Source: Oikopleura dioica (lineage: Eukaryota > Animalia > Chordata). Taken from it: a stretch of 64,000 bases of DNA. Location of the stretch: positions 744,001 to 808,000 of the forward strand of contig OU015566.1 of NCBI GenBank assembly GCA_907165135.1. Reading direction: 5' to 3'. The notes under the pieces are model-generated. The model saw only the letters and a list, made by a program, of their open reading frames with translations, searched no databases and had not been told where the DNA came from. Positions 36,692 to 48,955 of this stretch are shown in pieces. Numbering within the stretch: position 1 is the first letter of the stretch; each line of letters starts with the position of its first letter. Made by a program: the position numbers and the translations under genes.

Positions 36692-38183
36692 ATGCGCGGA
36701 CGACTTCGCAGCAAGAAGATTTTTTCCCCTCTCAAGCTGATTTTATTTCTCGTGTAAGTTGAAAATGATCGAAAAAATAAATTCAGAAAAAAAATTTTTT
36801 AGTGTATTTTCATTTCTCTCGAATCTCTTCCCTTCCGAACTGATCAACCCCTCCTACGAGCGTCGGACTTTCAAGACCTTTACCTGGCTGAGTGTCAAAA
36901 ACTCAAGAAAAGGAATTTTCGATCAAGCCAGAGAGTACGTCGTGGAAAGCGTTGGCACTGATGTCTTCTACGTTCTCTTCAATCTTGGCCGTCTCATCTT
37001 AGGAAAAAGGGCTAGAGCGCATTCTAGCATTTTTCAGGAAGAAAATTCTAGCCCGGAAAAGCCATGGTTTTAAAAGACTACATCGCGGACCAAATTCCAT
37101 ATTTGAAGACAAAAACGGTTGGTCAGAAACTCGTCAAGACAATGCAAATGCAACTCAATGAAGAATCTTCCGATGAAGATGGTGAGTAACCGTTGTCGTC
37201 TTCGGTCATTTATTCTTCAGTTTCCGGCCGGAGAATAACAGAGGTAGAATTCGCCAAGCAGAAGAAGGCTCTTGGAGCAACAGGAGCAGCTGCGGCGACA
37301 GGAGCTTCAGCAGTCGCCGTCAATTTGGTTGGATTTGTCAAGAACATCATCAGCGTAGGAATTTGTTTAATTGAAAACTTGTTAAAAAGAAAATTCTAGA
37401 CGACAAAGATGATGGCGAAGTTCATCTACTACATCCTCCGAATGGTTCTCATGGCTGTCTTCATGGTCCTCAATCTCCCTCGACAAATTCTTCTCGGAAC
37501 GCTGACCGGCCTGAGCGCGGCTGGAGTTATTCCCGAAGAATCGAACTTCCACCGCATTGTGCGAAATACGACTTTCAAGGAGATCTTTGTCGATGGCGTT
37601 GCTGAAATGTTCCATGTCTCCGACTCGTAGGTTTATTCAGTTTTGCTGTTTTCTAGAAAGAGTTCTAGTGATTTGACGTCGGAAGATTTGATGGTCATTG
37701 GAGCACGTGACTCGCAAATTGGACTGAACGATTGGGACTCGTCGGATTCCGAGGATCATAAATGCGCTGATGGAACATGTCAAGTCTGCGAACAAACGTT
37801 AGCTACAGTAACTCGATGTATGAAAACAAAATTTTTAATTCAGGAGACCAAGAAGTATTGTTCAATCAGGTGACTCATCGACAGTTTTGAATAAAAATCT
37901 AGGAAAGCTTCAAAATATAAACACACAACATCAAAACCGAGTTTTCGGAAAAACTCACTTTTCTGAAGCTTCAAAAGGCCCCTCCGCGGGATTCAAACGA
38001 ATTTCCCCGAAACGAAATTCCCGCGCCTCTTCCCGCGCTTCTCCGACCGCTCAAGCTCGGCGAGAAACCGTGGTTAGTCCTCGATCCGTCGCTGGAACTT
38101 CCTTTGTCACTGCACGAGACATGACCGAGGATCAAGAAATGAATGATCTGCTCGAGTGGGCGCATCAGCACTTCAAGCAATAA
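36692..38183 (+). CDS. Uncharacterised multi-exon protein with a hydrophobic segment and Ser/Arg-rich C-terminus
   Basis: ORF pieces 36759-37073, 37193-37399, 37409-37630, 37643-37873 and 37887-38183 in register with short introns. Confidence 0.5.
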
Positions 38184-38242
38184 TTCGAAGATTCGACTTT
38201 ATTGAAGAATTATTTAAAATAAGGAGCCACTGAACTGCCTAG

Positions 38243-39295
38243 TCATGTGTTAATCGAATCTGATTTTTTGTAATAAAACTTTTTATTTAAAAAAATTCTC
38301 ACTTTATTTTTCAGTTCAAGAAATGCCGCCATTTTGAATGCCTTTTGTACCAGCGCAATATATTTCGAGTTGTAAAATAATAACTCGTTGTTGGCTGGAA
38401 ATATGGCGTTGAGGTTGTCCAGGTTGTGCTTTCTTGGGAAGTGGTTTCGGCCTCCGTTGTCGTTGGCGCCGGTTTGGAGGGCGATGTTGAAAATGATTCG
38501 GTGCTGGTTGGATGAATTTCTTTCGTTAGAATTTTCTTTGGAGCGGATCTTGTCCAAAACGTTGTTGTCGTTTGCTGACTTGGAGAGTCTGTTGTGGTGT
38601 TTTCTGTTTCTGGCTGCGTTCTTGTTTGAAATTCTGTTGTCGCCATTATTTTTGTCGTTATTGTTGTCTTCATATCGTTTGTTGTCGAAGCCGAAGGATT
38701 TTGGATCGATTTTGTTGTGGTGGCTTCTGTCGTTGTTGCCGAAGAAGTGAGACCTTCTGTAGTCGACTTTTCTCTACAATTGCACAGAAGAGTCTCTTCA
38801 ATCCAGGGCATTCCTCCGTTCAGTTTCATAAAAATCTTTCCTGCATTCTCATACTCGTCTGCTAGACAGACTCGTAGAGCAGTTTGCAATTCCGATTGGT
38901 CCAAAATGTACCCATTCTTGATTCCACCCTTGACTCCCAGCGGCTCAAGATTTCCGGAAAGATACAGCTCTAGAAACCAGTTACTGTCGATTCCCCAGCC
39001 ATCTTAATTATGATGTTTTTGGGGAAAACAAATGGAATTGCTTACTTGGGAATTTGATGTCAATCACGTGATCTCCGTCGAGCAAATGATCCGAAAACTG
39101 AGCGAAATTGCTAACAGCAGTGCAAAATCGACTCTTGCAGAATCCACACTTCACATCGGTCAAATCGTCGAACCAAGTCGTTGTTTCAAAAGTGGTCGTT
39201 GGCTCGGCAGTTGTCGTCGTCGATGTAGTTGTGGTGGTGGTGGTTTTTGAAGTTGAAGTTGTGGTTGACGAGAGAGTTGATGTCTCATTACCCAT
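38243..39295 (-). CDS. Thr-rich mucin-like protein with small Cys-containing domains; start uncertain
   Basis: TTTSTSKTTTTTTTSTTTT tracts alternating with CGFCKSRFC and C..CNC segments. Confidence 0.6.
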
Positions 39296-39799
39296 TTTCG
39301 AGAAGCGATAAGAAGACCAAAAAGACCGCGGTTGAAAACTCGGTTCTTTTCAAATTTTCGCAAATTTATTCTAAATTTAAATTCGGGTGTTTTGAAAATT
39401 TCCTGCTCGCTTACTGCTCACTTCGCGATTTTTACCAAAACCATATGTTTTCGAACCCCAAATGCTATTTGTTCCAGGTCGCGCTCGCTGAGCCTCAATT
39501 CTTGGGTGGAAACGATTCTCTAAAAACAATATCTCTCTTATAAAAAAGAAGATTGGCTTACTTCCCCATAACATTTTTGCTTCGATTGATAATTTTTGAC
39601 TGAAATGAGCGTACAAAAAAGACGGATAAGTCTTTTTAAGTTTTATATTTGTTTTGGTTTAACTGACGCGATGTCACTTTGTAAATCATAAGATAATTAA
39701 ATGGTTATTTTCATCATAAATATGCCCTACTTTTTACCACGTTACATTTTTTTAGACTTTTTCGAGACTTGACTAAGAAAAGATGACTTCTGAAAATAA

Positions 39800-41410
39800 T
39801 ATTTTTGCTTTCTTTCAGACAAAGATAACTTTATTATTTATAAGCTTCAAAAATGTTGTATTGCTGGCGCTGAAATCTTCCGGACACGATTCTTTCGCAA
39901 ATTCGTACATGCTAAAATTTTTTTTCCAACAAAATATTTCGCCGAGACCTACCTGTTTTCGTCCCGATCATAAAATGAATGGAAAAAATTGGCAAAAGCG
40001 TGATCTTTGCCGTTATTTCCGTCGGTTAAATCTGCTTTACTCCAGTCAAAGCTGGTGTAGAAATCCGGTAGATCCTTGAAGCCAATGAAGAGAGTAAGTA
40101 TGTCTCCGAAGCAATCAGGAACATAAATTTGCGTTGGCGTTTCTTCTAGAGCACTGAGCCATGTTTCTTGAGGATCGTAGCTAAATTTTTTTGCTGATCA
40201 TTTCTGATTCCTGTTTTTCAAACCAGCACTTGGCAGTTGGAACATTTTTCTTCCCAATCGAGAATCCTTTGAGTTTTGTCTCGAAAATCTGTGTAACGTC
40301 GTCGGAAAGATTTAAAAATACTTTGTCAAGGGCGATTTCGAAGAAGCTTGAAACATTTTTCGTACGAAATGTCATTTTTTGTTCTGAAAATTTGCGAAGT
40401 TTTATTTTTTCAATACCAAACCTTTTGAAATATCATTGTTTGTACGGATAAAAGAGCTGTTAATCGGCGAGTATGAGTGGTCTTTATTTGGTTATTTAAG
40501 GACCCCCGTCAACAATTTTCGAAAAATCTTTTTTCGGAATTTCAAAATTTTGACCCCGGAAATAGATTCTACAGCTCAAAAAACGATTTTATGGCTTTAT
40601 TTTTTGGGGGTCTATCTCGTCTCTAACACCCTCAAAATCGTGTTTGAAAATTGGACTTTTAGCCGAAAATTGGCGAAAAAGTCCATATTTCGGTAAAATT
40701 TTAGATTTTTATTGGTCTAAAATTGCTCCGGACAAGTTTTCTTACTCTATTAAGCTTCCAGGGACACTAAGAAGCCGAAATATGGCTGTTTTGAAATTTT
40801 CGATTTTTTTGGAAAAATAGTTGACGGGGGTGGGTCCTTAATGATTGTAGTCGGAAATAAAGATAAGAATAAGGATATTTCTATGTTTTAATAACCCTCC
40901 CTTCATTCACCAAAAAGACACAGCCAAGATTGATGCCGACGCCAATTATGCCTTAAAATTTTTTTTTTGACAAACAATCGTTAAACTGATCAGCTTAATA
41001 TATTTTGTCGAGAAGAAACGGCCAGCGCGGCCAAAAAGCCGGAGCAATTAATTTCATTACTTAACGAACCCAGACTATAAAAACTATAAAACAGATGTTC
41101 CCAAAGTTAAGGTGAGCATCAAAGCGCCCTTTTGCTAAGGTCAGTTGAGGCTATTGGCTTACATTCGCCGGGATCTCCATCGAATTCCTTCTCATCAAAA
41201 GTAAATTTTCTCCGGACTTCTGAGTCTTCAGCATCAAATTTGAGATTTGTCAAATATTCTTGGCAAAGGTCTCTTGTTCTTATTCTTCAATAAAGTTTAA
41301 TTTAAAAGGACCCTTCCCGAGAATGGCGGCATGGTAAAAGACGAGCAAAAAGTAGGAAACAAATACAATAAGAGCTCCGTAAACCATGTCTCGATTTGGA
41401 AAGCACGTAC
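39800..41410 (-). CDS. Uncharacterised gene, tandem paralog B (possibly degenerate)
   Basis: IYVPDCFGDILTLFIGFKDLPDFYTSFDWSK and FFEIALDKVFLN..ETKLKGFSI match paralog A. Confidence 0.45.
40500..40837. mobile_element. Kolobok-like MITE, copy 2 (inverted relative to copy 1)
   Basis: TTAA|GGACCCCCGTCAAC ... GTTGACGGGGGTGGGTCC|TTAA; interior is the reverse complement of 31325-31656. Confidence 0.85.
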
Positions 41411-41830
41411 TGAAGGTAAGTCTTTTGGTCAACGGACTGATATACATTTCTTAAAATAGAAGGAAAGAAACAAAAGAAGGTGTTCCATTTTTAGAATTTG
41501 CAATAGAAAAGAAAGCCACGTCTTCAATTTGAAAAGAAAAGATAGATAAAAGTCAAGAGTCTTGATTTCAGACGTAAATCAGGTTACGAACGAGTTTCAG
41601 AAAAGTCTTATTCTGTGCGCTGTAATATTCCGGACAGGATTCATCTGCGAACTTATTTAGGCTGAATTTCATTATGAAAATAACTGTCAAAGAGGTAGTA
41701 GGGTTTATCATTCGAGCTGCGCCTAAGCCGAATCCTAACCAAGCCCCCCCGGGACCCCCCCTAAGGCCTAAGTAAACCAGAGGGCTTCGCCCCCCCCCGG
41801 ACCCCACTTAACATTTCCCAGTCCCTAAAC

Positions 41831-43090
41831 TTAACCCCTAGCCCAGATTCTTGAGATATTTAATGGCTCAAATGATAGGCTCGAATGATAGCCCCTCTCT
41901 ACGGTAAAAGAGTCGTACCCGTTTTCTTCTCGAGCAGACAATAAATGAAAGAAGTTCACAAAAGCTTGATCTTTATCGGTAGGTCCATCGAAAACTGCTT
42001 TTTCCCAATCATAGCTCGTGTAGAAATCTGGCGGATCCGTGAAGTCGATATAGAGTGTAAGAATATCGCCGAAGCAATCAGGAATATAAATTTTTGTCAT
42101 TTCCTCTTCCAAAAAACTGCGCTTTATTTCTTCAGGATCATAGCTGAATTTTTATATTGTCTTCGACGAATATTATTTTACAGACCAGCATCTTGCAGCA
42201 GAAGTATTCTTCTTTTCAATCGAGAATCCTTTGAGTTTTGTGTCATAAATTTGAGGAATATCGCCAGAATGGTTCAAAAATGCTATGTCGAGGGCGATAT
42301 TGAAGAAGTTCGAAACGTAATCTGCACGATGGGTCAGGTTTTGCTCTGAAAATAATCTTCTATGTGACATAGACTATGTCACATACAGATTGTGTTTGAT
42401 GTCTAACCTTTGAGAATATCTTCATCTGCCTGGAAGAACGATCCGTCGATTGGCAAGTAAGAATTGTCTTTATAAGGCTGTGAGAATTCGGTCGCTTATC
42501 TGCTAAAAATTTCTAATGAGGGTGTCGTCATTTTATTCTGAAAGGGAATTGTTTCTGATCTTAACATAAACAACCTTTTCTTCATTCACCAAAAATACAC
42601 AACCAAGATTTATGCCCACTCCAATAATGCCCTAATCTGAGGGTATAGATATTGAAAGCAACTCTCAAATCATTTCAGCCGGAAAATGCTCGTCATAAAA
42701 ATATCGTCTCTTGAAAGCGGGAGCAATAAATTTTATTGCTACCCAGCTTTTCAAAGGCATTAAATGAGCATTCTCAAGGTCAACCTAAGCATCAAAGCGC
42801 CTCTCGAGTCAAGAGTTTGCTTAGGTCAGTTAAGGTCGTTGACTTACATTCGCCCGGATCAGCATCAAATTCTTTCTCGCCAAAAGTGAATTTCATCCTT
42901 GTTTCCGAATCATGATCGTCCCTCAACGATGACAAATACTCTTGCTTAGGATCTCTTACAACACTCTAACAGTCAAAATATAATGAGAAGAGACCCTCTT
43001 CAAAAATAACCGAATGATAGTAAAGGAGGAAAAAATAGGTAAAAAATACAACAAGAGCTCCGTAAACCATAATCTCGATTCGGAAAGTGA
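41831..43090 (-). CDS. Uncharacterised gene, tandem paralog A (possibly degenerate)
   Basis: IYIPDCFGDILTLYIDFTDPPDFYTSYDWEK; 42560-43090 resembles 40880-41410 at nucleotide level. Confidence 0.45.
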
Positions 43091-43291
43091 CCACTTTTTA
43101 AAAAGCCTTACAATTTAAGGCCTATTATTAAAATTCTATAATTAGAAATATAAGAAATATAGCAGGGTTTCTATTAAAGGGACCGCAACCTAAGCGATAA
43201 ATTATCTACGACAAAAAACATTCCAAAAATATCGAACTCAATAACTAAATAACAAATAAAGCATAAAAAACATAAAAAAGCTGATGAGACG

Positions 43292-45226
43292 ATGGAGCAA
43301 GTTCTGACGGCAACGCCTCATAAAAACCATATAAAGGAAACCCATCAACGTTGTGTTTCTCAGTCTGAGTTTTGCTTCGAAAAAGGTAAAAGACAGATTA
43401 TCTATCATAGATATCTTACAAAAGAGATTTTATTGAAAAGTCTAGATTTTGAAGAAGCCAAAATGGATCGCATCCTTGCGCTGAATGAGAGCTTGGTCAG
43501 TTTGCTGAAAACCCTTGGTGTGAATGGAAAAGAGATTGTTGTGACTGATGATGGCAGTATTCATGAACCAGAAAAACTAGAAACAGAGACACTTGAACCA
43601 AAAAACGATCCAACACCAGCAACTAAACCTTCAGAAGAAAATGAGTCAACAACGGAGACGTCAACCAAAATTTCTGCTGAAAATCAGCCTACGACCGAAA
43701 ACGCTCCCGAGACTGAGCCATCGACCGATATTGCTCCTGGGACCGAAGAATCGACCGAAGCGGAGCCTTCGACCGAAACTGCTCCTATGACCGAAGCATC
43801 GACCGAAGCGGAGCCATCGACCGAAGCTTCTCTCGAGACTAAGCCTGCGCCCGAAACTGCTCCAGAGTCAGAGCCATCGACCGAAACTGCTCCTATGACC
43901 GAAGCATCAACCGAAGCGGAGCCTTCGACCGAAGCTGCTCCTAAGGCAGAGCCTCCGACCGACACTGCTCAAGAGACTGAGCCTGCGACGGAGACTGCTC
44001 CAGAATCAGAGCAATCGACCGAAGGTCAGCCATCGACCGAAACTGCTTCTGAGACTCAGCCTGCGACCGAGACTGCTCCGGAGTCAAAGCCATCGACCGA
44101 AGCTCAGCCTTCCATCGAAATTGCTCCTGAGACCGAAGCATCGACTGAAGCGGACCCTTCGACCGAATCTCCTCCTGAAACTGAGCCATCGACCGAAGCG
44201 GAGCCATCGACCGAAACTGCTTCTGAGACTGAGCCTGCGACCGAGACTGCTCCAGAATCAGAGCCACTGATCGAAACGGAGCCTTGGACCGAAACTGCTC
44301 CAGAAACTGAGCCTTCAACCGAAACGGCTCAAGAAACTAAGCCATCGACCGAAGCCGCTCCAGAAACTGAGCCTTCGATCGAAACTGAGCCTTCGACCGA
44401 AGCTGCTGAGGAAACTGAGCCTTCGACCGACGCTACTCCAGTGACTGAGCCATCGACGGAAGCTGCTCCAGAAACTGAGCCTACGATCGAAGCTGCTCCA
44501 GAAATTAAGACCTCGACCGAAATTGAGCCTTTGACCGAAGCCACTCCGGAAACTGAGCCTTCGACCGACACTACTCCAGTGACTGAGCCATCGACCGAAA
44601 CTTCTCCCGAAATTGAGCCTACGACCGAAGATGCTCCAGTGACTGAGCCATCGACGGAAGCCGCTCCAGAAACTGAGCCCTCGACCGAAATCAAGCCTTC
44701 GACCGAAACTGTGCCTTCTATCGAAACTGTGCCTTCTACCGGAGCCGCTCCGGAGACTGAGCCATCGACCAAAACTGAGCTTTTAACCGAAGCCGCTCCA
44801 GTGACTGAGCCTTCGACCGAGGCACAGCCGTCGACGGAAAGCCAGTCATCGACCGCAACTGCTTCAGAGACTGAGCCACCGACTGAAACCGATCCAGAGA
44901 CTAAGCCATCGAACGAAACTGCTCCAGAGATTGAGCAATCGACCGAAACTCAGCCTTCGACAGAGACAACTCAAAAGACTCAGCCGTCGACCGAAAAAGC
45001 GCCAGAAACTCAGACATCAATAGATGCGGCTCAAGAAGCTCAACCGACTGTTGTTACTTCTCAATCAACTTCGAGTGATCCTGTCATTTCATCGGCTGAA
45101 CCTTCAACGGAATCACCTGCGACATCAACAGATTCATCTCAAGATCCTGCTTCACCATTGCAGCCTGTGTCTGTTCAAGATCCTATTTCTCAGACTCAAA
45201 GTGAAAATTCATCCAAAAAACAGTAA
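43292..45226 (+). CDS. 644-aa acidic Thr/Glu/Pro-rich repeat protein (EPSTE(T/A)APET-type repeats)
   Basis: Uninterrupted 1.9-kb ORF with degenerate 6/12-aa repeats; start may be at 43292 or at MDRIL (~43463). Confidence 0.75.
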   Translation: MEQVLTATPHKNHIKETHQRCVSQSEFCFEKGKRQIIYHRYLTKEILLKSLDFEEAKMDRILALNESLVSLLKTLGVNGKEIVVTDDGSIHEPEKLETETLEPKNDPTPATKPSEENESTTETSTKISAENQPTTENAPETEPSTDIAPGTEESTEAEPSTETAPMTEASTEAEPSTEASLETKPAPETAPESEPSTETAPMTEASTEAEPSTEAAPKAEPPTDTAQETEPATETAPESEQSTEGQPSTETASETQPATETAPESKPSTEAQPSIEIAPETEASTEADPSTESPPETEPSTEAEPSTETASETEPATETAPESEPLIETEPWTETAPETEPSTETAQETKPSTEAAPETEPSIETEPSTEAAEETEPSTDATPVTEPSTEAAPETEPTIEAAPEIKTSTEIEPLTEATPETEPSTDTTPVTEPSTETSPEIEPTTEDAPVTEPSTEAAPETEPSTEIKPSTETVPSIETVPSTGAAPETEPSTKTELLTEAAPVTEPSTEAQPSTESQSSTATASETEPPTETDPETKPSNETAPEIEQSTETQPSTETTQKTQPSTEKAPETQTSIDAAQEAQPTVVTSQSTSSDPVISSAEPSTESPATSTDSSQDPASPLQPVSVQDPISQTQSENSSKKQ

Positions 45227-45977
45227 TTCTCTTGTTATTGGAAAATAAAATAAATATTGCTTTGACGTAACTTATATTTATTCGAAAAGTTATCCTTGAA
45301 AGGCAAATATTTCAGAGTCGTTTCTTACATCGTTCGATCTTAAATAAATTTTCAATCTGGATAGTTTGTGATAAGGATTTTTACCTGACTTGTTCTTCAT
45401 CGACTTCTTATGAAAGAGCTCTTTCGATGCCTAGCTATCTTTTATCGCGAAGAATTAATTCTATTTTATAAGATTAATCTTGAAAATACAAGAGCGCCGA
45501 TCCTTTTGAGAGCAAAATTCCCTTGAGAACAAGATAAACCACCGCAAAAATCGCCAGCGAAGTAACTCCGAGAATCACTTGAATCATCAGCCTCATTTGC
45601 GCCTTGTGCTTTGCATTTTCCTGGCACTTCTTTACTTCTGAATTTTGAGTTTTACAACATCAGATTTCTCTGAAAAAATAAACCGGATGTCGAGCACAAT
45701 GGCCCGACCTACTCCCGCATGAGGGCGACAGGTGCGCGGAGGACTCTGAATCCTCCGAACTTGGCGAGTCCAGGGAGAGCTGATGAGTTGGCGATAAACC
45801 CCAAATACGCTAAGCGAGCGTAACACCTGGGAGTGAGCGCAGCAGGGGCGGACGGGATATTTTTGTTCTACCCATGCTAGTATCAACTTTAGTATCAATT
45901 CTAGAGGCGAGTAGGAGTGATGGCGTTGTTTCTATGGGACATATATATATCAGAAGAAAGCTCTTCGCACACAGAAC

Positions 45978-46330
45978 ATGGATTTTACGGAATTAAAAGA
46001 CAAAGTTGATCGTATACCTGAAGATGCGGGAACCAAAGATAAACCTATCATTTTTCACATCGGCCCAGGAGCAAAACCAGAAAGCTACGCTTTTTATCTG
46101 CAGTACGGACAGAAGATTGAAGGGAAATACCAAAGGGAAATACTGCAAGTTTGTGACGGAAGGAGTGAAGAACCCGAAGCCAAGGCCGTACTACACGAAT
46201 CTCAAGTCGAATCTTAAGTCCCTCTTTAGAACAACGGATGTAATTTCGGATGACGTTGGAATTTCTAAGCGACGGGAAAAGTATTCTGTCGCTCAGTTAA
46301 GTCGAATTGTCTTGAGATCGCACTCAAGAT
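45978..46330 (+). CDS. Uncharacterised short gene or frameshifted fragment
   Basis: Two overlapping protein-like ORFs (45978-46217 and 46006-46500) in different frames. Confidence 0.3.
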
Positions 46331-46733
46331 TGGAGACATTCTCTCTCCTCCAGATCCGTCCAAGCCTTACAAAAAACATCGCACTTTCTCCTCTTTTTCT
46401 TTCCCTGTTATTTCCCACTAATTTTCTACTGCTTCTCTACTTTATCTGTGCAAAAAAAAAATTGAAAATAAATGTTATCATCGAAAGTAAGTGTTTTTGA
46501 CTCTATATTTAGATTCAGCGCGAAATTTCACTCTGGAAAAGTTTTTCTAGTTTATAAATAACTTCATAAAAATATGCGCGAAAAATCAGTCCAGCGAAAT
46601 TTTGCTCCTACGGGGGGTACTCCGCAGTCAGAAATGATGGCGGTGTTTGAACAGAGATTGACACACTTCACGCTGGGATTAGGCGGCTTCGCGCTCCCTT
46701 CCTTACTTGCCCACCCGCTGAGTAATTCATGGA

Positions 46734-48431
46734 TAGGGCTTCCGTATAAAAAAGTGTTTCTGATTCCGTTCATTGTTTCCTTAAATAATTATGGGAGGGA
46801 TAAATCAATATAAGAAAAGGTTTTCAGGGGCAAAAGAAATAAAAAAAAATAATGTTATATATCAAAATTATATAAATAAAAATGGTGATTTTTCATTTGT
46901 GCGTTGTCACTTGTCGATTTTTTTTATTTTTTGATATGTTATAGAGAAACATCAAAAACATAATATTTCTTAAAAAAATTTTTGACTGGCCATTTATATT
47001 ATCAGAAATAGTAACTTTTAGTAAAAAATTAACTTTGTTATTGTTAAAAAGTCCTCCGGAGGACTTTTGCTGGAAGAAACTTTTTAAAAGAAGACATAGA
47101 ATTAAATTTTTCAAAAATATATAATATTTCAATATTTAACGCAAAAACCATAATTTGCAAATAAACAAGGACAAATTGAATTTTAATAATCATGGGTGTG
47201 GGTGGGGTTGGGGACATAACTGATATTGATCAACTCAGAGTTCCAGGCCTTTGTCAAGCCCCTTGAATTTAAAAATCATGGAACGGGGCTGAAACGGCCC
47301 GAAGGGCCGTCAAGCCCCTTAAATTTAAAAATCATGGAACGGGGCTGAAACGGCCCGAAGGGCCGTCAAGCCCCTTAAATTTAAAAATCATGGAACGGGG
47401 CTGAAACGGCCCGAAGGGCCGTCAAGCCCTTAAATTTAAAAATCATGGAACGGGGCTGAAACGGCCCGAAGGGCCGTCAAGCCCCTTAAATTTAAAAATC
47501 ATGGAACGGGGCTGAAACGGCCCGAAGGGCCGTCAAGCCCCTTAAATTTAAAAATCATGGAACGGGGCTGAAACGGCCCGAAGGGCCGTCAAGCCCCTTA
47601 AATTTAAAAATCATGGAACGGGGCTGAAACGGCCCGAAGGGCCGTCAAGCCCCTTAAATTTAAAAATCATGGAACGGGGCTGAAACGGCCCGAAGGGCCG
47701 TCAAGCCCCTTAAATTTAAAAATCATGGAACGGGGCTGAAACGGCCCGAAGGGCCGTCAAGCCCCTTAAATTTAAAAATCATGGAACGGGGCTGAAACGG
47801 CCCGAAGGGCCGTCAAGCCCCTTAAATTTAAAAATCATGGAACGGGGCTGAAACGGCCCGAAGGGCCGTCAAGCCCCTTAAATTTAAAAATCATGGAATG
47901 GGGCTGAGACGTAGATTGACATTCTTCTTTATTCTTAATTTTTCTTCTTTATGTCTTCCACCAAAAGTCCTCCGGAGATCTCCCAGAGGTCCTCCGGAGG
48001 TCACATGATAGCATTTTGTTTTTATAAATATACATTATTATTGTTGATTGATTTGTTAAATTATTTTTAATTTTTCCATGTCTTCTTCATAAAAGCTTCT
48101 TCCAGCAAAAGTCCTCCGGAGGACTTTTTTTAAACAATAAAATCTTAATATCAATATAAAATCTTATTTTAGATGTTTTCTTGCATATGCAATTAATTTT
48201 TTTTAGGAAATCTTGGTTTTTGAGTATGCCCTTTCACATATCTAAAAATAAAAAAAATCGACAAGGGACGAGACGAGAAAATCAGTTTTCTCATTTTAAC
48301 AATCACGTGCGTGGATAAAAATTTTTTTTTCATGATGAAAATTTTTCTCCACTAAAAAAACATTCCCTCCCCGAATTTCAAACAATTCGGTCAGCCCAGT
48401 TAAAATTTTGTTTTTTTATACGGAAGCCCTA
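46734..48431. mobile_element. hAT-like non-autonomous element (1698 bp) with diverged long arms and an internal satellite
   Basis: 20-bp perfect TIR TAGGGCTTCCGTATAAAAAA; 8-bp TSD TTCATGGA at 46726-46733 and 48432-48439. Confidence 0.92.
47253..47907 (+). repeat. 56-bp tandem array, 11 full copies plus 1 partial
   Basis: Unit GTCAAGCCCCTTAAATTTAAAAATCATGGAACGGGGCTGAAACGGCCCGAAGGGCC; units start at 47253, 47309, 47365, 47421, 47476 ... 47868. Confidence 0.97.
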
Positions 48432-48955
48432 TTCATGGAGGTTCTCCCTTTGCGCTCCTCTGCGCTCTCTCCTCCGGCGCCATGCTCAGAGCGCTCTTCA
48501 ACCTCATTTCCGCTCTTCCACCTCTTTTTCCGCGCGCCCTCTTGCGGATGTAGGTCGGGCCATTATGCATTACATGTACCCCAATAAACCAAACAAAGAA
48601 ACAAGGGTAAAAATAGAGAAACATGCGGCAATCTGTGACTTTTAAGCTGATTTCAAACTCTTTCTGAAACCACGTGCGACATTGAGCGAGCTCTAGAGCG
48701 AAATTCGCCATCGGATAATTCACGTTCTGAGCCGGAAAAGGAGTATGCTGGGCTGCGAGGGGCGACTGGTGTCAGCTGCGACTATTAGAGCGGATTTCGA
48801 GGCGTTTTAAAGCGAAATTAAGAGGGTTCTTTTTCTCAATCCGTTTCATACAAGAAACATTATCTCTTTGATAAGCATTGACATAGAGACTCTCTTTCTC
48901 GAGTTTTTCTTCTTCTCCGTCGCTAAAATCAAAATGAAACGAAAAATTCTGGGAT

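Noticed and set aside
43593-44772. Overlapping ORFs 43593-43790, 43684-43965, 43941-44318 and 44329-44772
   Set aside because: Shadow frames of the repetitive 644-aa ORF.
46006-46330. IRF-like DNA-binding domain (GKY..PKPRPYYTNLKSNL)
   Set aside because: Only faint resemblance, the IRF tryptophan cluster is absent, and the frame is ambiguous.
47253-47907. CRISPR array
   Set aside because: Units abut directly with no unique spacers, there are no cas genes, the context is eukaryotic, and the array lies inside a TIR/TSD-bounded element.
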